DNA from: a virus
Length of the DNA stretch: 64,000 nucleotides
Reading direction: 5' to 3' (one strand)
Virus record (IMG/VR): IMGVR_UViG_3300025010_000004
Location: 1 to 64,000 of that record
Shown: positions 55,502 to 63,409 of the stretch, one piece after another
Numbering within the stretch: the first letter of the stretch is position 1
How the letters are laid out: every line of letters begins with the position of its first letter
Translations under genes and position numbers: made by a program
Notes under the pieces: model-generated
Database searches by the model: none
The model's input: the letters and a program-made list of their open reading frames with translations, nothing else
Told to the model about the DNA's origin: nothing

Positions 55502-57033
55502 CGGCCAAGTAACCTTGCACGTATATCTGATAGGTTACCGTCAACCAACAGCACCCCGTCCTTAAATATTGGACGCAGTAGGTCAGTGCCAGCTGCCGCT
55601 ATCATGTTTTGGTTGGCTATTGACAATCCATCAATAGCCTCAATACCTTCAGCAGTCTGGACTACAACAACCCTACCGGTCAATGACTTTTTGATCTTGT
55701 CTGTATCAGTGGCAGGATCTTTGAAGATATTAACTTCCTTTCCTTTAATTACGCAGTGCGTTGACTTCATAGCGAAACCAAAGGTATCCCTAGTATTGTA
55801 TTGGTAGGTGTACGAACCTATACCAAATACAATATTTGTGGAAGCGAATCCTTTGCGCTTTAGGCGCTCGCAGATGTCTTTAGCCCTCTCAATGGTTATA
55901 GAGTCGCCGTAGATAGCGCCTATGTGGGGGTCAAGCTGCTTGTATCCTTTGCTGTTGATAGTGCCTCCGAAGGTATCCCACAGGATTTCTATGAGTCCTT
56001 TATAGGCGCTTTCACTACACTCCGGGTCAAACCTCTCAACATATACCTCGTAAGTGGAATAGTCAATCGTAGTGTTTAGCCCACAAATAATATCAGCAGG
56101 ATCTCCAGAATCAGGACGGATTACAACTTTACCATCCCTAGCCATGATAATATCTTTGAGCTTAGGAAGAATATTGCTGGTAACATGCCACAAATCCCAA
56201 GTATCAGATACGAGAGATACAATTCCCGTAGGATATACGTCTTGGATTAATCTACGAAATGTTTCATACTCATCTACTTTTCCTCCAGCGCAGACTACGC
56301 TGTGCTCAGTCGCCGGAACGCTACAGCCCACCAATTCTTTTTCGATATTGGCGTTGTATTTATCCTCAAGATAAAGTATAGCCGGAATAGTGTCTGTTCC
56401 TACAAACGATAGCAAGTGCCCTGCCCCACTTACACAAGCTGCTTCTACGGCCCCCATACCCCGCATTGAGAAATCGTGCCCCTGGAACTGCACGAAGTCT
56501 GGCATATCAGAAGTTTCCTCAGCGTATCTAGAAAGAATTTTGTGATATTCATACGCGATAGTGGCACTTGTGGAACCCTGCCACATCTCACACGAGGCCA
56601 AGGTTTCAATGTAGTTGGTAAGCCAGCCGAATCGTGGGTCGGTATTCTCAACAGTAAGCATAGGAACCCTTAGTGGAACAAGCGTTCCCTCCGGGACCGC
56701 TTTTATCAACAAAGGAAGATGCCCAAGTTCATGTAGCGCTCTTATATGTGTAGTATCAGGTTCCGCCACGCCTAACGTGAATTTAATCACCCTGCCGTAC
56801 TCTCCAGCAACTTCATCAACAGGACGGCTGAAGAAGTTTTCGTTAAAGAAGTCGATAAGCCAGTCTTTAACGAACCCCTGGAAGGAAAACGCCACCACTT
56901 TGTCAACGAACTTAATCCTTGACGTGCGAGGAATCCATGTGCTGTACACAATCTCAGTTCCGTCAGGATACTGGTCCTTGTGTCCGATTTTGTAGAAATC
57001 ACACAGTAACGTTGCAATTAGTCCTTTACGCAT
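55498..57033 (-). CDS. Nicotinamide phosphoribosyltransferase family (NadV-like; Namat of NARP1 by context)
   Basis: DFYKIGH..QYP, HDFSMRG, SVPATEHSV, SDTWD, VIRPDSG, IYGDSIT, FGIGS, RDTFGFAMK. Confidence 0.9.
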   Translation of the reverse strand: MRKGLIATLLCDFYKIGHKDQYPDGTEIVYSTWIPRTSRIKFVDKVVAFSFQGFVKDWLIDFFNENFFSRPVDEVAGEYGRVIKFTLGVAEPDTTHIRALHELGHLPLLIKAVPEGTLVPLRVPMLTVENTDPRFGWLTNYIETLASCEMWQGSTSATIAYEYHKILSRYAEETSDMPDFVQFQGHDFSMRGMGAVEAACVSGAGHLLSFVGTDTIPAILYLEDKYNANIEKELVGCSVPATEHSVVCAGGKVDEYETFRRLIQDVYPTGIVSLVSDTWDLWHVTSNILPKLKDIIMARDGKVVIRPDSGDPADIICGLNTTIDYSTYEVYVERFDPECSESAYKGLIEILWDTFGGTINSKGYKQLDPHIGAIYGDSITIERAKDICERLKRKGFASTNIVFGIGSYTYQYNTRDTFGFAMKSTHCVIKGKEVNIFKDPATDTDKIKKSLTGRVVVVQTAEGIEAIDGLSIANQNMIAAAGTDLLRPIFKDGVLLVDGNLSDIRARLLGR

Positions 57034-57844
57034 CTCTTTTTACCTCCGTATAAAGTTGGTGTATGATAAGATTTTCTAGAGCAGTTGAATTACACATTAT
57101 GCTGTTTGTAGTATATACTTCGTCTATTAACTTTGATGTAAATATTTTCCCTGAGAATATAGTGTGCTCACAATGAGCAACCATAAGGTAAATATTCGCA
57201 GCGCCATGGGATTTAAGCGCCTCGGCTGCCGCAATAAAAGTTCCGCCTTTGGAGCATAGATCGTCTACTATCAGAACTTTTTTACCTTTTACACCTGTGC
57301 CTGACACAGAGTATTTTATGATATCACCAGTCTTGAAATCCCTTTCCTTGCTACCTACAGCGGAAGGATACCTTGCAACGTGACTATATCTCTTCTCAGC
57401 TCCTGCATCTGGGTAGAAAAGTATGGTGTTGTCCATTCCGTGCTTATCAACAAAGAGGGCCATGAGGGCTGGTATAATACTAATGTTTGTACACCGGTTT
57501 AGAAGAGCAGTAGAAACGTCGGAATGTGCGTCAACTACTTTAACTCTCGCAAAGTGCATTGCGTTAATCATATCGCATATGTACTTTAAGTTGAAAGTGT
57601 ATGTGTTGTTGGCTCTGTCCATTCTGCTGTACGGCATGTACAGAATCTTCAACGTCATTATGTTGTTCGGAATAACGTCATTCATGTAACTGCGAAGTAT
57701 GTACAAGTCCATAAGGTCTTGATCGGTTTCGAACTTTAGTACAACAACTGAGCTGTTGTGAAAAGTTATCTTATTGTAGTTCAGGTATCTTTCGTTGTTA
57801 GGAAAAACACCGAACTCAACTTTTACATTGTCAATTAAAATCAC
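57026..57844 (-). CDS. Ribose-phosphate pyrophosphokinase family (Adps of NARP1 by context)
   Basis: FPNNE, YMPYSRMDR, DAHS, PDAGAEKRY, IVDDLCSKGGTF. Confidence 0.88.
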   Translation of the reverse strand: MILIDNVKVEFGVFPNNERYLNYNKITFHNSSVVVLKFETDQDLMDLYILRSYMNDVIPNNIMTLKILYMPYSRMDRANNTYTFNLKYICDMINAMHFARVKVVDAHSDVSTALLNRCTNISIIPALMALFVDKHGMDNTILFYPDAGAEKRYSHVARYPSAVGSKERDFKTGDIIKYSVSGTGVKGKKVLIVDDLCSKGGTFIAAAEALKSHGAANIYLMVAHCEHTIFSGKIFTSKLIDEVYTTNSIMCNSTALENLIIHQLYTEVKRDA

Positions 57845-57867
57845 TGGATGTTACCTCCTTTATTTAG

Positions 57868-57883
57868 GTAGAACATGTTCTAC
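57868..57883. promoter_or_regulatory. 16-bp palindrome site 12
   Basis: GTAGAACATGTTCTAC; supplies the TAG of 57880..58173. Confidence 0.8.
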
Positions 57884-58173
57884 TTATGCATTTCTTCGTA
57901 GTATCCTATGATTGGAGTGGTTATCGCAACGAACACTAGCCCAAAGATAGCTGAGCAGAACCCTAGAGACACGACTTCCTTTACGGTAGATATATCCATT
58001 ACGAAGTAGGCCACTAGCAGGCCTATCCAGAAACACTGGCAGAACGCGCAGTTATTTAGGAACCTTGTAGGAGTGGTTTTACTCATTAGTTTAGTCAGCC
58101 AACGCATGTGCTTGTGCTGAAACAGGAAGAACTGAACCCCTAATACGGTTAGTAGGAAAATACAGAATAACAT
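57880..58173 (-). CDS. Small membrane protein with CxxC..FW motif
   Basis: Three hydrophobic segments; CAFCQCFW. Confidence 0.6.
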   Translation of the reverse strand: MLFCIFLLTVLGVQFFLFQHKHMRWLTKLMSKTTPTRFLNNCAFCQCFWIGLLVAYFVMDISTVKEVVSLGFCSAIFGLVFVAITTPIIGYYEEMHK

Positions 58174-58182
58174 TTTGCCTCC

Positions 58183-59271
58183 TTATTCTTTCGCTTTTAT
58201 ATTTAGCACAGGTTTTATGAAATCAACTACATCAATAGTAATACCCTCCTGCGCCTTCATGACGTAGTTAATGTCTTTGTATGCCTCTGGAGCCTCATCT
58301 AGTATGCTCCTATCTGTGGAACAAACAACGCCTTCCATCTGGCCTACGAATTTATCGTAGTCAAGATTCTTCTTGGCGGCGTTTCTGCCCATAGTTCGTC
58401 CACACCCGTGAGACGCCGATGAAAGAAACTTTTCATTACCAAGTCCTTTGGTGATGTACACACCATCCCTCATATTAGCAGGAATTATGCCAAGTTGATG
58501 TGCGTCGGCTGGCGTAGCACCTTTTCGGTGCAGCACTCCTTCTTTTGTAATAATTGCGTGGTTATGGTTTTCGTTAATTAGAAGATTGCTCTTGTATGTG
58601 ACACCGAGAATCTTACATATTTTGTTTATCATTTTTAACCTGTTATATAACGCCCACTCTAACGCAAAATTCATATCCCCTAAGTAGGACAACCCAAGGT
58701 CTGATAATAAAGGAAACATTCTTCCTTGTTTCATGTACCACCCGCCTATTGTATGCCCAACGTTACGACTTCCTGAATGAATAGTCACACAATACGTGCC
58801 AGTATTTTGGCTTATCCCTATCTCTATGAAGTGATTGCCCCCTCCTAGAGTACCTAGCTGCATAACAGATTTTTCTTTTACTCTCTGTTTCACTTCTTTA
58901 GGCATGTGAGAGTGGATAACATATTCAAAATGATAGTCTGACTTATCAAGAGATGAAAATCCAGTAGGGATGGTTTTAACTATATCATCGTATAACTGTT
59001 TAAGGTTATCCTTTGATAGCTCATACTGAGGTATGTTTGTGTCAACCGAGCACATACCACATCCCACGTCGAAGCCTACGAAGCTAGGAGAGATCATGCC
59101 GTCAAGCAAGGCCACTCCGCCGATTGGAAGATCATAACCAGCGTGAACGTCAGGCATAATAGCCAATTTTTTAAGACATTCCAATGAAAGAACGTCATAA
59201 ATCTGCTGCTGCGCTGACTGCTCTATTTCTTCCATCGGCACCATAGACTGTAGTTTGTCAAGCTTGCTCAT
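58183..59271 (-). CDS. rtcB: RtcB-family RNA ligase
   Basis: MPDVHAG..LPIG, DVGCGM, GTLGGGNHFIE, HSGSR, HRKGA, SASHGCGR, DEAPEAYK. Confidence 0.93.
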   Translation of the reverse strand: MSKLDKLQSMVPMEEIEQSAQQQIYDVLSLECLKKLAIMPDVHAGYDLPIGGVALLDGMISPSFVGFDVGCGMCSVDTNIPQYELSKDNLKQLYDDIVKTIPTGFSSLDKSDYHFEYVIHSHMPKEVKQRVKEKSVMQLGTLGGGNHFIEIGISQNTGTYCVTIHSGSRNVGHTIGGWYMKQGRMFPLLSDLGLSYLGDMNFALEWALYNRLKMINKICKILGVTYKSNLLINENHNHAIITKEGVLHRKGATPADAHQLGIIPANMRDGVYITKGLGNEKFLSSASHGCGRTMGRNAAKKNLDYDKFVGQMEGVVCSTDRSILDEAPEAYKDINYVMKAQEGITIDVVDFIKPVLNIKAKE

Positions 59272-59281
59272 ATAATCTCCT

Positions 59282-59632
59282 TTACTCCTTGAAATATTCG
59301 TTGTATGCTTCTACTGCGGCTTTGATTCTGGGCCAGTCTTCCGAATAAATATCGAAAGTATGATAGTTTTGTATTGCAGACCCTCGCAGGTAGCATGTTA
59401 AAGTTGTTCGCCTAGCATGACTTACTACTTTTTGGGTGTGCGGAATATTCCCAGCGTGTGATACTAGGCGCACTCCGTTATGACAGAAGTCTACCGCTTG
59501 TTGTATTTGTACTACCTTTGGCAACTTTAAATCCCCAAAATCAGTATGAAAATGAGTTTGCTCAAGTATAGTTACAGCAGCCGCAGTCCTATCCTCAGAC
59601 AAAACACATTTAAGTTTTATATGTTTAGGCAT
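59282..59632 (-). CDS. EQTH-family paralogue 11
   Basis: KHIKL...ILEQTHF..DFG...YLRG...WPRIKAAVEAYNEYFKE. Confidence 0.78.
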   Translation of the reverse strand: MPKHIKLKCVLSEDRTAAAVTILEQTHFHTDFGDLKLPKVVQIQQAVDFCHNGVRLVSHAGNIPHTQKVVSHARRTTLTCYLRGSAIQNYHTFDIYSEDWPRIKAAVEAYNEYFKE

Positions 59633-59634
59633 AG

Positions 59635-59964
59635 TTACTCCTTGAAATATTCGTTGTAGGCTTTAACGGCCTCCTTAATTAAAGGCCACATGTCGGCAGG
59701 TACGTCGAACGCTACGTTTTTTCTACTACTGGATATTAACCTAACATCAACTTGCCCGTCAGTCTTGTTTCGTCCGTCAAAGTTAGGATAATTATGCGTA
59801 GCAGAGAACAGGTCAATAACTCCGTGTCTGAATACTCTGCTATGCATTCTACCGGAAATATTTCCTCCAAACTCATCATCAAAATGTGTCTGTTCAAGTA
59901 TAGTCACGGATGCGGTTTGTTTGTTTTTAGATAGTATGGCGGATAATTTAAGGTGTTTATGCAT
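59635..59964 (-). CDS. EQTH-family paralogue 12
   Basis: KHLKL...ILEQTHF..EFG...WPLIKEAVKAYNEYFKE. Confidence 0.78.
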   Translation of the reverse strand: MHKHLKLSAILSKNKQTASVTILEQTHFDDEFGGNISGRMHSRVFRHGVIDLFSATHNYPNFDGRNKTDGQVDVRLISSSRKNVAFDVPADMWPLIKEAVKAYNEYFKE

Positions 59965-59966
59965 AT

Positions 59967-60146
59967 TCACCCCTTCAACACATCTTTGTCATCAACCCAC
60001 ACGTAGCCGGTAGCCAACTTGACTAAAGTTTTTCTGGCTACCCGCTCATAGACCGCGCCTTTAACCCCAAGCGTAGGAATGAACACCTCTTCGCGTTGCT
60101 TGATTATATTGGCAGATTTCCTATATCTTTTGGTTTCGGATTTCAT
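59967..60146 (-). CDS. 59-aa hypothetical protein, not in the ORF track
   Basis: GGAGG RBS; ATGA coupling; MKSETKRYRK...VLKG. Confidence 0.45.
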   Translation of the reverse strand: MKSETKRYRKSANIIKQREEVFIPTLGVKGAVYERVARKTLVKLATGYVWVDDKDVLKG

Positions 60147-60286
60147 TTATCGTACCTCCCGAATCCCTTGCCTTTACGGGCCTGTTTCCGGTCTATCTTA
60201 AAGCCCTTGTCTTTTTCAACCTTCACGCCCTTTGTAGGAATCTTGCCGGACTTGATCTTCTCGAAGTTATTAGCGGATTGAGCCAT
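60143..60286 (-). CDS. 47-aa basic protein, not in the ORF track
   Basis: AAGGAG RBS; MAQSANNFEKIKSGK...GRYDK. Confidence 0.45.
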   Translation of the reverse strand: MAQSANNFEKIKSGKIPTKGVKVEKDKGFKIDRKQARKGKGFGRYDK

Positions 60287-60298
60287 TCGTAGTCTCCT

Positions 60299-60487
60299 TT
60301 ACTTGGTAGCTTTCAGTAAGGTGTTGGTGTGGAGTCTTCTGCAGTAGCCGTAAGTCTCTCTGCGGCTGTATGAAACCCAAGCTAAACAAAACTTGGTCGC
60401 ACAAAGGTTTCTATTTCCGTCTTCGTTTGATATTCCTACTCCGAAAGGACAGCGTAGTTTTACAGCTTCTTCTTCCAGAATTCGCAT
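60299..60487 (-). CDS. Small Cys-containing protein
   Basis: EEEA...CPF...C...CLAW...GYC. Confidence 0.55.
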   Translation of the reverse strand: MRILEEEAVKLRCPFGVGISNEDGNRNLCATKFCLAWVSYSRRETYGYCRRLHTNTLLKATK

Positions 60488-60586
60488 TATTAATGTCTCC
60501 TTTGAATGCGGTTGATATTACTTTGGCGTAGTATAAAGCATTTTTAAATGAGTCACCTAGCAGCCAATATTTTATAGTCAGTAGTA

Positions 60587-61933
60587 TCACTTTAACGCCG
60601 CCTTCATTCTTGCGACGGCCTCTTTCTTTCCAAGGACGTGCATTACATTTACTACAGGAGGCGAAGCTGTTTTACCTGTGAGAGCCATGCGTATTTGCGG
60701 TCCGAGTTCTTTTAGCGTTACGTTATGTTTTTTACAGCCGTGGCTAATGGCCTCTTCTATATCTTCTATAGAATAGGTCTTTTTCTTCTCAAGTATTTCC
60801 ACTATGGAACCTACTGAATGATCGGCCCTTACCGCTTTAGGCTTTTTGTAATACACCTCAGCCATTTCTGCAATCTCAATTAAAGTCTTTGCCCTCGGCT
60901 GCAACAACTTCACAACCTCAATAATATCAGGGCCTTTGTCAGTTTTGTAGTGCATGAACGGCTTGGCTTGTTCCGCTATTCTCTTGGGATCGCCGTTCTT
61001 AATCCAATGCGCGTTAATGTGCAGCATTTTGTTCGGATCAAGACACCCTGGCGCTCTACCTACCGAATTAAGCGAGAACTTTTGTATCAGGTCGTCCATT
61101 GAGAATATTTCTTCATTCTTGTAGCTCCAGCCTACACGGGCAAGCCCATTGACAACAGCCTCCGGAAGAAAACCTTTATCCCTGTAGTCAAGGACAGAAG
61201 CATCACCGTTTCTCTTACTGAGTTTTTCGCCTTTATCATTAAGGATGAACGGGGTGTGGGCATATTCAGGAACCGGAAAGCCAAGCGCCTGATACAGCAT
61301 AGTCTGGGCTGGCACGTTGCCTACTCCGTCAACGCCTCGGACAATATGTGTAACACCCTGTAGGGCATCATCAACCATATTTGCAAGGAGGTATCCTACG
61401 CTTCCGTCCTGCCGTTGGATTACGAAGTCGCTGATCTCGCTGTTCTTCACGCTGATCTTTCCGAGAACATGATCTTTCCATTCTACGCGGCCCTGGTCTT
61501 GGGTCTTAAACCGTATGACGAATGGCTTTCCTTCTTGCTCTGGCTTTTCATAGCAGGTTCTATCGTAGAGGGGCTTTTGCTTGTTCCTCAGCATTTCATC
61601 CCTTTTTGCTGTGAGTTCTTCTGCCGTGCAGTAACACTTGTAGGCTTTTTTCTCTTTCAGGAGTTTATCTACGTATTCCTTGTAGATGTGACCTCGTTCG
61701 CTTTGGTAGATTATTTCTACGTCACTTTTGATGCCAAGCCAGTTGAGCCCTTCTAAAATGTTGTCTGCGAACTCTTGGGTAGATCTTGAAAAATCGGTAT
61801 TCTCAATACGCACGATAAAAGTTCCTTTATGTTGCCTAGCAAAAATATAATTATGCAAACTCTGGCGGGCCATCCCACAGTGCCCTGGGCCGGTGTTAGA
61901 TGGTGCTACGCGGCATACAATAGGTTTAGTCAT
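60587..61933 (-). CDS. gltX: Glutamyl-tRNA synthetase (class Ib) with divergent HIGH region
   Basis: RVAPSNTG..HCG, RIENTD..RS, YQSER, CYC...YDRTC, THIVRG, KLSKR, anticodon domain IRMALTG..SPP. Confidence 0.9.
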   Translation of the reverse strand: MTKPIVCRVAPSNTGPGHCGMARQSLHNYIFARQHKGTFIVRIENTDFSRSTQEFADNILEGLNWLGIKSDVEIIYQSERGHIYKEYVDKLLKEKKAYKCYCTAEELTAKRDEMLRNKQKPLYDRTCYEKPEQEGKPFVIRFKTQDQGRVEWKDHVLGKISVKNSEISDFVIQRQDGSVGYLLANMVDDALQGVTHIVRGVDGVGNVPAQTMLYQALGFPVPEYAHTPFILNDKGEKLSKRNGDASVLDYRDKGFLPEAVVNGLARVGWSYKNEEIFSMDDLIQKFSLNSVGRAPGCLDPNKMLHINAHWIKNGDPKRIAEQAKPFMHYKTDKGPDIIEVVKLLQPRAKTLIEIAEMAEVYYKKPKAVRADHSVGSIVEILEKKKTYSIEDIEEAISHGCKKHNVTLKELGPQIRMALTGKTASPPVVNVMHVLGKKEAVARMKAALK

Positions 61934-61963
61934 AATTAAATTCTCCTTTGTGTTAGTTTGTAA

Positions 61964-61979
61964 GTAGAACATTTTCTAC
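61964..61979. promoter_or_regulatory. 16-bp palindrome site 13
   Basis: GTAGAACATTTTCTAC (1 mismatch) between the divergent gltX and endonuclease genes. Confidence 0.7.
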
Positions 61980-62068
61980 TTTTTAGTTAATAAAAAATGC
62001 TTATATTCGGTATATAATACATATAGGAGCAGTTGGATTCGGCTCAAATAACTTATACTGGAGACGCG

Positions 62069-63325
62069 ATGAACCATTTTTACGTTTACTGCTACACAAA
62101 CCCAACAAAACCTGGAAGGTTCACTTTCCCTAATACAAATCTTTCTTTTCTATATGAACCTTTTTACATCGGTAAAGGTGCTTTAGATAGGATGTATAAT
62201 CATGTTAATGAGTCAATTAAAAAGAAAAATAAAACATGGAAAAATAAAACAATTTTATCTATATTAGAATCTGGGTACAATCCTAAAGACTTTGCATTTA
62301 AGCTGGCTGTACAATTAACAGAGGAGGAGGCATACTCAGTAGAGGAAACGTTAATAGCCACTATCGGCAGGCTGTCTACTAGAAAAGGCCCACTACTTAA
62401 TATACGAACTGGCGGGTTAGGGAGTAGTAATAAAAGTTATTGGAAAACAACTAATAAACTAACCCCAATACAAGAATACGAATGTGTATCTTTATACTTA
62501 AATGGTGAATCTATTAGTACATTATCAGCTAGGTTTGGGTTATTTAAAACCGCCATCCGAGGTATATTACTACGGCACGATGTAACAATAGTACGTAAAC
62601 CCACAGAAAAAAGAAGCAAGACTTTAAGTCTCATCCCAAATATTCTAGAAGACTACGAAAACGGTATGTCATCTATAAAAATAGGACAAAAATACTGTAT
62701 ATCAAAACGCACTGTATTATCAGAGCTTAGGAAAGCAGGAGTAACTATGAAAGAGCCTGCTTTCTATAAGACTATAAAAGATGAAGATGTACCTAATATA
62801 AGAGCCGCCTTTTTACGTGGAGAACGTGTAGAAGCTTTGGCCAAAAAATATAAAGTATCCACTAATACTATAAATAGGGCTATTCGTTATAATGAAGTAG
62901 TAACAGCAACTGGAAAATTAAAAATTAAAACTAACATTACCAGGCATAACCTGCTTAAAAAACTAACCGAAGACCAAGAATATCAACTAGGTCAAGACTA
63001 CATAGCTGGTATGTCATCTAGTGAATTAGCAGCAAAGTATAACGTTTTCTACACAACAGCCCTAGCAATTTTGAAACGACTCAACATACAAACTAGGCCT
63101 AGTTCAACACCAGACAAAACAACAATTGACCTAACACCAGAAGTTATAGAAATGTACCAGTCAGGACTAAGCTCTCTCGATATATTCAGAAAGTTGCCAG
63201 TAAGTCGCAACACAATTTTACGCATTCTTCACAGAAATAATGTACCACTTAGGCAAAGTGGAAAGCAGCCTACTAAGGTTATAGGTAGTAGTGATGCAGA
63301 AGAACTTGATGCTATGATGCAATAG
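62069..63325 (+). CDS. GIY-YIG (LEM3-like) homing endonuclease with about five tandem HTH repeats
   Basis: FYVY...PFYIGKG..R..H, E..LI..IGR..GPLLN; repeated Y..G.S...LA.KY; AT-rich and opposite strand to its neighbours. Confidence 0.75.
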   Translation: MNHFYVYCYTNPTKPGRFTFPNTNLSFLYEPFYIGKGALDRMYNHVNESIKKKNKTWKNKTILSILESGYNPKDFAFKLAVQLTEEEAYSVEETLIATIGRLSTRKGPLLNIRTGGLGSSNKSYWKTTNKLTPIQEYECVSLYLNGESISTLSARFGLFKTAIRGILLRHDVTIVRKPTEKRSKTLSLIPNILEDYENGMSSIKIGQKYCISKRTVLSELRKAGVTMKEPAFYKTIKDEDVPNIRAAFLRGERVEALAKKYKVSTNTINRAIRYNEVVTATGKLKIKTNITRHNLLKKLTEDQEYQLGQDYIAGMSSSELAAKYNVFYTTALAILKRLNIQTRPSSTPDKTTIDLTPEVIEMYQSGLSSLDIFRKLPVSRNTILRILHRNNVPLRQSGKQPTKVIGSSDAEELDAMMQ

Positions 63326-63344
63326 TAATAGCCTGTATTGAAAC

Positions 63345-63377
63345 AGGGAAGGCTAGCCATAAACACAAGCCTTCCCT
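63345..63377. terminator. Hairpin between convergent genes
   Basis: AGGGAAGGCT-N13-AGCCTTCCCT. Confidence 0.5.
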
Positions 63378-63409
63378 TCTTCTAACAGTCTACAACGGTA
63401 GTTACATTT

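Noticed and set aside
7791-61979. Palindrome as a LexA/SOS box or CRISPR repeat
   Set aside because: The Gram-positive SOS box is GAAC-N4-GTTC, while this is GAAC-N2-GTTC and mostly not at promoters. Copies are kilobases apart with no spacer array and no cas genes.
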